Shown one piece after another: positions 11,763 through 22,573 of a stretch of 64,000 nt of DNA. The position numbers and the translations under genes are program-made. This DNA is from Rhodosorus marinus CCMP1338 (Eukaryota > Plantae > Rhodophyta): the NCBI GenBank assembly GCA_029953675.1, contig JAMWBK010000003.1:2666001-2730000 (forward strand), given 5' to 3'. The notes under the pieces were generated by a model. It searched no databases. It was not told the DNA's origin and worked only from the letters and a program-made list of their open reading frames with translations. The first letter of the stretch is position 1. The number at the start of each line of letters is the position of its first letter.

Positions 11763-13599
11763 GGTTCAAAATCAGTTTCTTAACCCTTAGATCATACTAT
11801 CCTATTCCTTAATCACTATCATCCACCATCTCCCAATTCTCTCTCCACAAACCTTCCTCCTCCTGTACTGCGCCCAGTCTCTCCCTTTAAAAGGCCATCC
11901 ATGTATACATCCCCCATCTCAAAACCCCTAAATCACCCTCTCCCAAACCCAATCGTCAGCCAACAAAAAAAAAGTATGCAAAAGAGCTGATCAAGTCCAA
12001 TAATAATTTAAAAATGTACTTTCGAAAAAGTCCTCAAAATTATAAACTAAATTCAAATCGACAATTTCCCCTACTGTCCGAAAATCCCGTAGCAGAAAAT
12101 GAAAGAACTAAAAGCGGAGTGTCGTCAAAAGCCGATTGCAAAGCGCGGGCTGCTGAACCCCTGGAAATCTCTGTCACACCGGCCCCTTTCCCGTATTTTC
12201 AAAAGAAATTTGTTTTCTCGTCAATGAATAGAGAAGAAATGCCCGCTTAGTGGTTGTTCTTTTTTGGGGGGGTGGGGGGTTTGACGTTCCGCGGGAATAC
12301 GTTGTGTTTTTATAAGAAAATTGGGGTTAGGTATGTAAATTGGAAAAGAGAGAGAGAGCGCTATCATGATCTATTTAGTCAAACTGTCAGGAGGACATAA
12401 TTAAGAATAGTTATTCGTGTTTTGAAGTCATGAAGTCACATGGAATTTTGAGTTCGTGTCCGGGGCGGGGGGGGGAGGGGGCTTTGCTTTGCTTGGAAGG
12501 ATTCTTACTGGTTTCTGATCAGTCTCGTTGAGCAGTTTGACAATAAATCGTTTTTGGTCCATTAATATGGAGGGTTTTAAAACTCTTGTAAGGTAGAAAA
12601 GGGTAGAAAAATGGAGAACCATCTAGACATCTACACAGATCTAGTACAGAATGGAACTTGATTTAGACAATGCTTTCAGGTTAGCCCCAGTCGACTCTGT
12701 CGGCGACGGTAAGGTCTTGTTTTTACATGAAAAATGGAACAAAAAGGACAGAAACGATTGGTAGACGACTTGGAAACGCCGCCACCCTTTGGCCTGATGT
12801 CTGTTTCGTGGCTCGCGCGATACCCCATAAAATTTATTAAAACATGTATCTTACTCGAGCTTTTTTTAATAAAACAATGTGTAATTTTTGTTGATCTTTA
12901 TGGGGTGAGGGGGCCTTACAGTGCTCGTGCAAAGCAAGATTTGAAACATGAAAGCTTTTCTCGCGCTCTGAATAGCAAATTAATATGATTGGTTGATGGA
13001 ACGATCTATAGCCAATTATGGTATGTGAATTCCGTCACAGCTCATTGTATTTTGTGAAAAATAATGTAGGTTGGGCAAAAGCATTGTTGTTTCAATCATA
13101 ATTTTGGGGAAGCTCATAGCGCTCCCAGTTTACACTTTGGGCTATTTTGGTAATCTACGATATGATGAGGACATGATGCGGTTCATGGGCGAAGGGGAGA
13201 TTCAAAGTGTCAGGACTATTGAGGAGGGTGAAGCAGTGTTCGATGCAGCGTTCGAATGCTGCTTTGTTCTTGGACGCACGTCGTCGGCGTCTCCCTTTCC
13301 ACTCCTCCGGGTAAATGGGCGAGGCAAGATCTTGTTTTCCACTTGGACGGCTCTGTTCTGAGGACCTCCATAGTTTCGCATCCGACAATGTTATCTTGGA
13401 GGTTACTCTGTCAAGCCCATAATGTTTTAATCGACGTATGAAATCGAGTTCGTTGAGGAGTTTCCCTACGCTTATTTTTTTGATTGTGAACATAGGGCTA
13501 TCGAATTAGTTGTAGTTGACAGCGTCCTGAATGAGGAACATCCCGACAGTTTGGTTCTTGTCCAGCGGGCAGTTCAACAGTTGCTAGGGCTGCTCTCTC

Positions 13600-13760
13600 A
13601 ATTGTCCCGAGCAGTTCTCGCTGGATGCGAAACCGTGTCTTACGCTCAGTGAGCAGCTAGCCCCGCGTGAAGAAGGCCCTTTCCACGTCGCAGCCCTTGA
13701 CACGGCAAAGAGTTTTCCGGGCTAGAACGAGAAACTCATTTCGAAGTGAACAACCGCCTG
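13600..13760 (-). mobile_element. Degenerate hAT-family transposase C-terminal dimerisation-domain remnant
   Basis: Manual translation gives LVLARKTLCRVKGCDVERAFFTRG*LLTERKTRF, close to the hAT consensus LARxxLSxPATSxxxERxFSxxGxxxTxRRxRL, with an in-frame stop. Confidence 0.5.
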
Positions 13761-14454
13761 TCGCCGGATTGCACCTTTCGGTGAATGTAGATGTGTTTTC
13801 GAGGAGAATCTTCTCACGCCACGATTCTGGCTACATTTGCTGTGGATCTTGCAGGGCTTGTATGCTTGGTGGTGTTGCACCACGATTGGTGACAACCAGA
13901 GAAGATTCGCGCCGACGAATCGTTTTCTGATATGTGTGAACGGAGAGAAGGTGGAATTTCTGGCATTGTGTAAACCGTCACTGTCTGAGAATGGCTTTTA
14001 AAAGTACTCAGTGCTACAACAGCAAGTTTATTCCGTGAGCGAAAGCTAGCAACGGAGTCCGTAACCTTCGCGGCCTTACTCAGCCGTTCAGCCGGCATGA
14101 CCGGAGGTATTTGATGAAGACATTGCACCATTTTCCTATATGAGACTCGAGCACTTATTCTGAAGTGCTGAGAGTCGAACTAAACTGAGAATGCTTGCTG
14201 GAATGCAATATATCCACTGTCTCAATCTGCACGACCCAATCAAGTACAGAAGCTGGTGGGCAACAAGCGGGAAACTAGACTGTTCGGAACCATCCTGAAG
14301 GGTGATGTGAATAAGATTCGACTGGAATTGATACGGGATTGAGCGAGAAGTCAGTGTATGCTTTTCATCAAGGCGATTTCTCTTATCCTTCATCTGCGGA
14401 TCGACTCCAATGCCTATGATCAAAACGAGTTATTAAATTTACAGAGAAGTGGTC

Positions 14455-16076
14455 CTACAGCGGACTGGAAAAAGCGAGAGGTGGCGGGCCAGTTCTGCCG
14501 CCTAGTGCATCGACTATTACTCTAGTGTTGTATGCCATCATTCTTTGATAAGTTTCTGCCCCGCTCCCTGTGGTCATCCGTGCAATCGAAAACAGATATC
14601 ATGAGCAAACTGGTCCCGGTTTAAGCAATCCAAAGACTTAATCATACCTTCAGGACCAATAGAGTCAGAGTACAGACTTTCATCGCAGAGGTCAACATTT
14701 GCATCCTCCGCAACTGCTCGTATCAAGGTTGGGCTCACAGTCTTCTCAAAAAATACGACTGGTGGTTTTGCTAATCGTATTTCAGATATTAACTCCGACA
14801 TCATCTTCGCCGAGGGCTGTTCCTCTGTGTTGATTCCCATCAAAGTACCCAAAATCGTCAACCCATAAGCACGGGCGTAGTACTGAAACGCATCGTGAGT
14901 GGTCACAAGCATTCTCTTAGATTCCGGTACTGACTGAATGGATTTCTTGATCCACTGGTCCTAAAATGATCAAAACAGGATCGCAGTACTGTTCTTGAGC
15001 GAATGGTTGAACTTGAAGCGTGGAACGCGAACAAGGTCCATCGTGACATGCTCTTACCAGCTCTACGAGCTCCTTGTTCATTCTTCTTGCTCTCTTCAAG
15101 TAAATCTTGCCGTGTTCAGGATCGCACTCAGAAAAAGCGTCCGAGATTGCGTTCACCTGTTCATGGAATGTATGTTAGATCAAGGAGGTACTTGCTCGTA
15201 AGACTGAAGACCTCCGACTTTCCGGGACCGTACCATGCAGGCTGCATTCCTTGCGTCGTTCCACACGTGAGGATCTGGAGTGTCGGTTGATTCGCATGAT
15301 GGCATGGGCTCTACGCTTTCACCAACGGCGAACTGCTTGCATTGCTGCGTCGCATTATTTATCAGCGGCATGAGATTCATTTCTAGGTCAAATCCGTTAT
15401 ACAAGATGATATCGGCCTTTTCAATGCGTATCTGTCCGTAGGTTCATCAACATTCCCCGTCAGAGCTTTTCCAGGTTGCCGCACTTTGGACTTCCAGCCA
15501 CTTACCGAGTCAGTAGGAACGGGCTCGTACACGTGAGGATCATCTCCAGGTTGAATAATGCCAGTAATAGAAAGAAAATCTCCCGCGATACACTTTGCCA
15601 AGTCAGTAATTATCGATGTGGTTGTTATCACGTCCAACTAAACCAAGAATACATAGACAGAAAAAACCTTCTTAAGTTTTGAAAATCTCCAAATGGGGCT
15701 CTCGTCGTTCCGAAGGCACAAAATATAACTGGCGCCTATAGGCCCTAGCCGGTGGCACTTGTCCTCCAGGTTAATACTTAAAACTTTGCGCCTGCCTGCC
15801 TCTACTATCCCCAATATGGCAAGGATTTCGCATTCGCTGGGAGGGCTGGTGTACCTTTTTCGTCGGTTCGAGGGGAACGGCCGCCGGCAAGCGAAATACT
15901 TCATCTCCTCCAAAATACCCATCCCCGTCGCCTCTCCCTCTCCCAAAATTGTTCAGTCCTCCCCCACCTCCCCCACCCTCAGCACACAAACGATGAACCC
16001 TTTCCCTTTTTAAAGACCGTTGTTGCAGTGATCTGTTCCCCAAAACCCCACCCAACGCGAAACCAGGTAAAGACAT
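14455..16076 (-). CDS. TroA/MntC/ZnuA-family ABC metal (Mn/Zn) substrate-binding protein with plastid-transit-like N-terminus, 6 exons, about 358 aa
   Basis: Exons at about 16076-15855, 15637-15506, 15431-15234, 15156-15058, 14960-14648 and 14567-14455 join in frame at canonical splice sites. Motifs: VITTTSIITD, DPHVYEP, YNGFDLE, DPHVWND, VTTHDAFQYY, EEQPSAK, LYSDSIG, TYQRMMAYNT. Confidence 0.92.
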
Positions 16077-17899
16077 CGTAAAAGCGAGGAATCCCAACCA
16101 CAATACAGCCAAAAAAAAACACCAAAACAAGGAAAAGAACCTCAATAGATTAACACAAGCCGTCAAACCTCACGCATGCGTTCTCCAAGCCCTTTCAGCC
16201 CGAACAGGAAACAAACCTCAAAGAACCCAACGCACCCAGGCCCTAAAACCCAAGACTCTAGGCCCGAACAGAAAAAAAAAAGCCCCTCGACGAAACCCAA
16301 CGACACCCAAGCCCCACCCGAACATATACCAAAAGCCAAAATTTTCCTCCCTGCTCGAGCAAATTCAAGATGCTCTGGAAGAAGTACGTGATCTCTTCTT
16401 CAATACTGCGCTCTCGAAAAGCTACCCTCAAGCATCCCTACTATTCCCCGTCCCAGAACTCTGTGAAGCTGGCACCACTCTATTGCAGCATTTCATCCGT
16501 TGACACCGACCAATTTCGATCCCCTACATCAATCACATCGTCCATTGCAACACGCAAAAGACAATTAAGGACCAATCTCATAATTAAGCCAAAGTAATTT
16601 GCCCAGGGGTATTCTAAAATCAATACAATATTATTTCACTATAATAGAAAATTTTATGGACATGTCTTGCAGTCCATCCTTCCCCCCTGGAGCTCAATGA
16701 GTATCAGCCAAATCTTATTTTATAAAATAGCTTCATAATTATCGAAATATACCCCAAATTACGCCGGTTTTTGAGGTTTCGGGTTCCTAGAAGGGTTCCC
16801 TGAAGAGGAGCCACAGCTTTTTAGTTTTTCGATTTGTGAGGAACGGAGGTAATCATGACGAATACGAAGATTTTTTTAGTTTTTTACAAATACCAACGGG
16901 CCATGTCTCGGTTTCGAGGTAGAATGGGGCATGGAGAGAGTGGCGTTGAGCTCCGGGCCCGTTTTGTTTTTTAATTATATATGTCCTGCAAGGATCTTTT
17001 TCGTCTTCTAAACTGGGGGTGGGCTTTAGGAGGCTGGCACGAGAAAAGGAGCTAGAGCAATCAAAAAATGAGGTGGGGTAAGGGAAAAAGTAGAAATTCT
17101 TCTCCACCCGACGAAAATGCGTTTTGCGGCCACTTAATCTCAAATGAGTCAAAAGCAAAATCTCCTCTCTTTCCTCCAAAAAAAACGCCGGCTGCTTTCT
17201 CTCTACCTCTCGAGGAAGGAGTTAAAAATATCGTCCTTTGCTTTGCTCCGCATGATTTTCCTAGCCAGAGGATAGGCCATGAGATCTTCAAATTCACCTT
17301 TATGACCTCCCCCCTAGTTTGGATTTTAGTCCCTACAATTTTTTTTTGAAATGTAGTAACCTCAACCCGGTCCCCATGCTGCCGAGTTCTTCCAAGGGGT
17401 AGAGCTTGCCTTGTGGAACAGTTCTGAGCTAGTTCCTTCTAGTACGCGTCCTGGCAAAGAGGAGGACAGGGGTACGAATTGGGTGAAGATGTAATCCAAA
17501 ATATGTGTGCATAGGAAGTCTTCCTTGTTAGTTATGACATTTCAAGAGAATGCGCTTTTTTCTTCTTTTTTTTTCTCCAACCCACAATCGCTGGCGGATG
17601 GCGCAATGCTCTTTTTGCAATTTTTGCTGTCGAATTATAATAATAATTAAAAATATATTTGAACCAATGATGTATCGCATAGATATTCACGTTCTAAATT
17701 TCTATATATATATTTCAGGTACCCATTCTTTTTTTTGCATATTCTGATTTATAACGAATTAACACCTGCCGCGTGTCGAAGATCGAATCCATGAGCTCAA
17801 TTGATGTGGTTGTTGTATTGTCCAACCAATCCACAAACGTCACGAGCTTCCGAGTTGTTAGTCTTCTCCAAACATGAAAAAAAAAAAACTTCAGCAGGC

Positions 17900-19000
17900 T
17901 ATGGACCAATTAATGAACCGGTTAGCAGCAGTAGATTGGTTTCTGCAGCGCAAAAACTGAATGTCAACGGCCTCGGCTTTGCAGTCACACATTTTTGTTC
18001 TTGGTATGGCAGGCAGAGAAAGTCTTCGCCCTCGGACATAACGCACCAAACTGGACAGTTCAATCTGGGATGAAGTGCGTGAATTGTTGCACAAGGTTGC
18101 TTCAGCGGTAGGTCGGACGTGACTGTCCTTCCCACGCATTCATGCCGGGAAGTCGGAAAGGTCCGTGTATCTGAGGGTTAGCAATTCCACGGCGAGCGCT
18201 TCTCGATGATTGATTGAATGAAGACTGCAAAATTGATCGGCTTACGGCTCTCAACTCAGTCTCACATCTCCGTCTCTCTGCAGCTCACGTAAAAACGGTT
18301 TCCTTCAAGCACGCGCCGAGCAACGGATACTAGTGGTAAGCGAGGGCGTTTGCTTGTAGATGGTTCGAAAACCGCGTGCAAATATTTCAAGAACGGGGAC
18401 TGCGTCACTCAGCAAAGGCATTCTACTCCTCAAGAGTAAGTTTGATCAGCAGCGCTTTGCAATGAAGGGCTGGGTAGACTTGGTTCGGCGACAGGTCGTA
18501 TTTCGCCGAAATTGGAGGGACCGCATCCAGCGAAGGAAGCACTGACACCAATCGGACCAGGAATTGCAGCAAGAAGCCCTGAGAGACGTTGTCTGCGAGG
18601 GGGCACAATCCAAAAAAACACATCTGCACCCGGAGTGAGGTTTCATGAAACCATCGCAGGTCGACAATATAGTGCCGCTCGGCGATACGAGCTCGGAACC
18701 CTCTTGAACTACAGATCACAGTCTCCACGGCAGAGCAACAGTCAGCAGATCAGATATCTCCGCAGCCAGGACCATAGTCAGACCTTCAATTAGCCATCTT
18801 ACCAAGTCCGGCACCCTCGTGTATCCATTTACCGTGCCCGCCGACCGAGCCTTAATCAAGAAGCCATTTCTTCCTAAACATTTGAATTTCAAAATATCAG
18901 CAAAAGAACTTCAGGGTGACCTTCATGATAACGGTCGTCCCACCTAACCCCTATCCCCATTCTGTAATTCGTAAATCACTCTCCTGTGCTCCTAAAACAT
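17900..19000 (-). CDS. Possible unidentified multi-exon gene divergent from ftsZ
   Basis: Coding-like GC content, several gtaag donors and ctgac...ag acceptors, and open segments such as GRNGFLIKARSAGTVNGYTRVPDL and TVICSSRGFRARIAERHY. I could not build a unique gene model or recognise a family. Confidence 0.3.
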
Positions 19001-19454
19001 CCAATTCGTCGCCCATCTGCGCACTCTCCACCACGGTGGCAATATTGACCTAATGGTTCTTAGAGCGATTAGATACAGGCCCCCTTCTTTTGCGCCAATT
19101 TGCAAGGAGTTTGCAAACAAAAAAGGCTCTTTTTCTGTTTAGACAATTTTAGAAACCGGATTTTCTTAAACTAGTATTTGGCCAAGAACTAAATGGGAGT
19201 GCAGATTTTTTTGCGCGAAATTCTGCCAGAAAGAGTGTTTTGGGGTAGGGGGGGATTGTGATTTGGGATATCTGAGCTTGGGAAAATGTAATGGCGCGGA
19301 GTTTCGTGTTTTTTTTTTTGTCTTGTGTGGTTTGGTTGATGTAGAGGATGGAGCTGATGTGGGAGGCAAGGACGTGAGAGGTGACTTGTGGGGGGGAGAG
19401 GGATTTTTTGAGAAGCAAGTTTTATGACGGGGTTGTTTGGAAGGAACGAACGCA

Positions 19455-20704
19455 ATGGGATTTGTGCTTAGTGGGGTGTTCAGTCATCCTGGATTGAGCC
19501 GGAGATGCCGATCGTCGTCGAGTCGATCGGGCCCAGTTTTCATGACGCTTGAATCTCCGCCCTGTTCTATTAAGGTGATCGGGGTTGGAGGTGCAGGTGG
19601 GAACGCGGTGACGAGAATGCTGGAATCCGGCTTGGACTCCGTGGAGTTCCTCTGCGCAAACACCGACTTTCAGGCACTGTCCCTGTTCAAGGAAACCCCC
19701 GGGGTTGGAAAGCGTAGGGTCATTCAGCTCGGTGAGGATACGTGCCGAGGTCTAGGTGCGGGTGGCGAACCCGCAGTCGGAAAACAGGCGGCTGAGGAAT
19801 CCAAGTCAGATATTGCGAAATCTCTGTCTGGGGGTGATCTTGTTTTTATTACTGCGGGAATGGGCGGTGGCACTGGAACAGGCGCAGCCCCCGTAGTGGC
19901 CTCGGTGAGCGCGAATATCCTCTCCGGAGATCAGCCTTTCAGCTCGTCTTTGCTAGGGGTACGCATGCGTAGCCTTGGAATGCTGATCCGACCCTCTGGT
20001 CTATGACATTGCAGGTAGCAAAGGAACTTGGTTGTCTCACGGTTGGAGTCGTGACAAAGCCGTTCATGTTTGAGGGACGGAGGAGAATGTCACAGGGAAA
20101 CCGAGGCCTTGAAGATCTGAGAGACGCTGTTGATACGCTGATTGTCGTTTCAAATGATAAGCTATTGGAGACAATCCCAAAGAACACGCCTTTGTCTGAC
20201 GCGTTTTCAGTCGCGGATGATGTCTTGAGGCAAGGTGTCAGCGGTATTTCTGACATCATTCTTCGTCCGGGTCTAGTCAACGTCGATTTTGCAGACGTCA
20301 AGTCGGTTATGGAGGAAAAGGGATACGCACTGCTTGGTATCGGGTTCGGTACTGGGGACAGTAGAGCCAAGCAAGCAGCTACTAACGCTATTGCCAGTCC
20401 TCTTCTCGACTTCCCGCTTACGTCCGCAAAGGGAGCAGTCTTCAACGTGAAGGGCGGGAGTGACATGACCTTAGCTGAGGTAACGTTCGTTCCATTTATC
20501 TAACCTGCTTCAGGGGACGATGCTCCTGACGACATCGAGAACCAACCTCTGCGTGCTTTTTTTTGCATCACCTAGGTAAACGCTGCGGCGGAGGTAATCT
20601 ACGACAGTTTGGATGCGGACGCAAACATTATTTTCGGTGCACTGGTAGATAAAGAGTACGAAGGGACTATCAGTGTTACCGTGGTCGCAACTGGATTCCA
20701 GTAA
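19455..20704 (+). CDS. ftsZ: Plastid division protein FtsZ, 3 coding exons, lacking the C-terminal core peptide
   Basis: [21 protein letters not shown] tubulin signature and NVDFAD T7 loop. Introns 19905-20014 and 20480-20575. The last exon [25 protein letters not shown]...VTVVATGFQ* ends the protein. Transit peptide begins MGFVLS. Confidence 0.97.
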
Positions 20705-22573
20705 GCACTGTGGGGCAAAGAAAGTAAACTAACGATTTTCGACCAGCTAGAGACTGAGCGAGGACATTTTTTCGATTTAGTACCAACGAGTACATGTACT
20801 AATTTGCACTATCCCATGAAGAAAACCAATGGCTGCAGTCAGTTTGTCGATTTTGATTGATATCTGCTCTTTGCTTTTTGTGCTTATCCATAAGGAATTT
20901 CACAAAAACGAAAATATGGGACTTAGAGTCTTCTCGGGAATGTTTTGATAATATTTTTCCAAATGTTTTTTCTGCGGAGCAGAGGTGCCCATAAACTGTG
21001 AACGACACACCCCCTGAATTTCGATACTAAAAAAAACCGCGGGATTCCAACCTCACCTGGTCGGGAGGAGCACTAATTTTTTTCCTCTCCTGCGGGAAGC
21101 GAGAGCTGTGCGTTAAGCCAGCCCTCCCTCTTCGGCAGCCACAATTCTTTCCTGCAGCCCGCAAGACCCACTACCTCCACCTTCCAAGCCCCAAGGACTA
21201 CACACACAGACACACACACACGAGCAGGTTAGGTCTGGCCAAAACAAAACAAACGGAAGCTTCGTCGGTGTTTAAGTGCCCTAAAGCCCCGCCAAAAGTA
21301 ACTCCCTCAAAAAAATATAAAATGCCGCTCGGACTTTTTCCACAACCCCCGAAAAGCCTCTAAGCAATCCAACGAAGAAAAATTTTGTTTTTTAACGTTT
21401 CACGCCCCTCTACCCATACAGAAGGCGAGAAAGGCATCGAAACAACCCAAATGACTCGATACCATCTGACCGGACGGATAATGTTGAAACAAGTGGGTGG
21501 CACGTGAAATAAGGCGGGTAGGGCAATAATCAGTAAATATAGGTTTGATGCCATAAGTCTTTAAAAATACATTCTATGTTCGTCCAACCCACGTGTTTAC
21601 GAGGGGGGGTAGAGCATGCAAAATCAAATGAGTGAATCAAAATGTTTTTACGGGGACTGAAAACCAGTCACTTTAGAAATGCGGTCCACGTGCAGGGAAG
21701 GTTTTCTGGGACGTCCCCATTCTTAACTTAAGACCCCGAAGAGCTAAAGTGGCCCATCTATCAACGGATTTTACGCAGAAGATGTTCTAGAGCTTAATTT
21801 AGATCCTTTGGTGACGAAAGTTTTAACGTACAAATCATTTTTGAAGGCGAAGTTGTGGCACAAAACATCGCCGTTTTTGGTAGCAGTTTTCTAAATTAAA
21901 ACAGAAACTGTTCTTGATGGGTTTTTTGTAGTAAGTAGTTTCTAAATTTGGAACAACATCATTATTCCCCCTGCTAGACCCTTACCGTTGAGTCCCAATT
22001 CCCAAAAAATTGCCTTGAAATTAATGAAACCTGATTTGAGGTTGGCTTTGATTCTCGTTTTGTTAATACGTTTTATAGATGGCGAAGGGGAAGTAGGGCC
22101 CAACGCGAGCGGAAATGGATTCAGACGCGGAGCAAGAAAGGGTTGTTTATGCTTCAAGTTTGTGGTTTGACGATCTGCAAGCGAATGTCAATGTAGCTGA
22201 TGTGTTTTTTAAAGTGAATCTAGAGTCGGTTATTTAAGTAAGCTAAACTCTGGTAGAAACTGAGCTGCCAATATTTGTCTCAAAGAGGGGGCTGGAGGCT
22301 TGTGTGTTCACGGATTTTTGCGAAGTGGTCAGGCTCACGTTGCAGATGGGGGTCTAGGAAGAGGTCAGTCGGGGAGTTTTATTGGAAACGAAGAGCAAGT
22401 TCCAGCTCTTTTTCTGACTTGTGGTTGCTTTGTACCTCTACGTCTCCCTGCAGAATGGACCTGAGTTTTCAACGCGTTTAGATTCGGCGGGGACAATATG
22501 GGACCGGGTCGGGACTGAGTCTGAAAGGCTGATCAGGATTTTTTTTTGAGGGCTGAGAGAAGTCTCCAACGAA

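Noticed and set aside
10045-21225. (TG)n near 10050 and (CA)n near 21205, plus isolated CCCTAAA-like words
   Set aside because: Short ordinary microsatellites. No telomeric array or CRISPR-like repeat-spacer structure was seen anywhere in the window.
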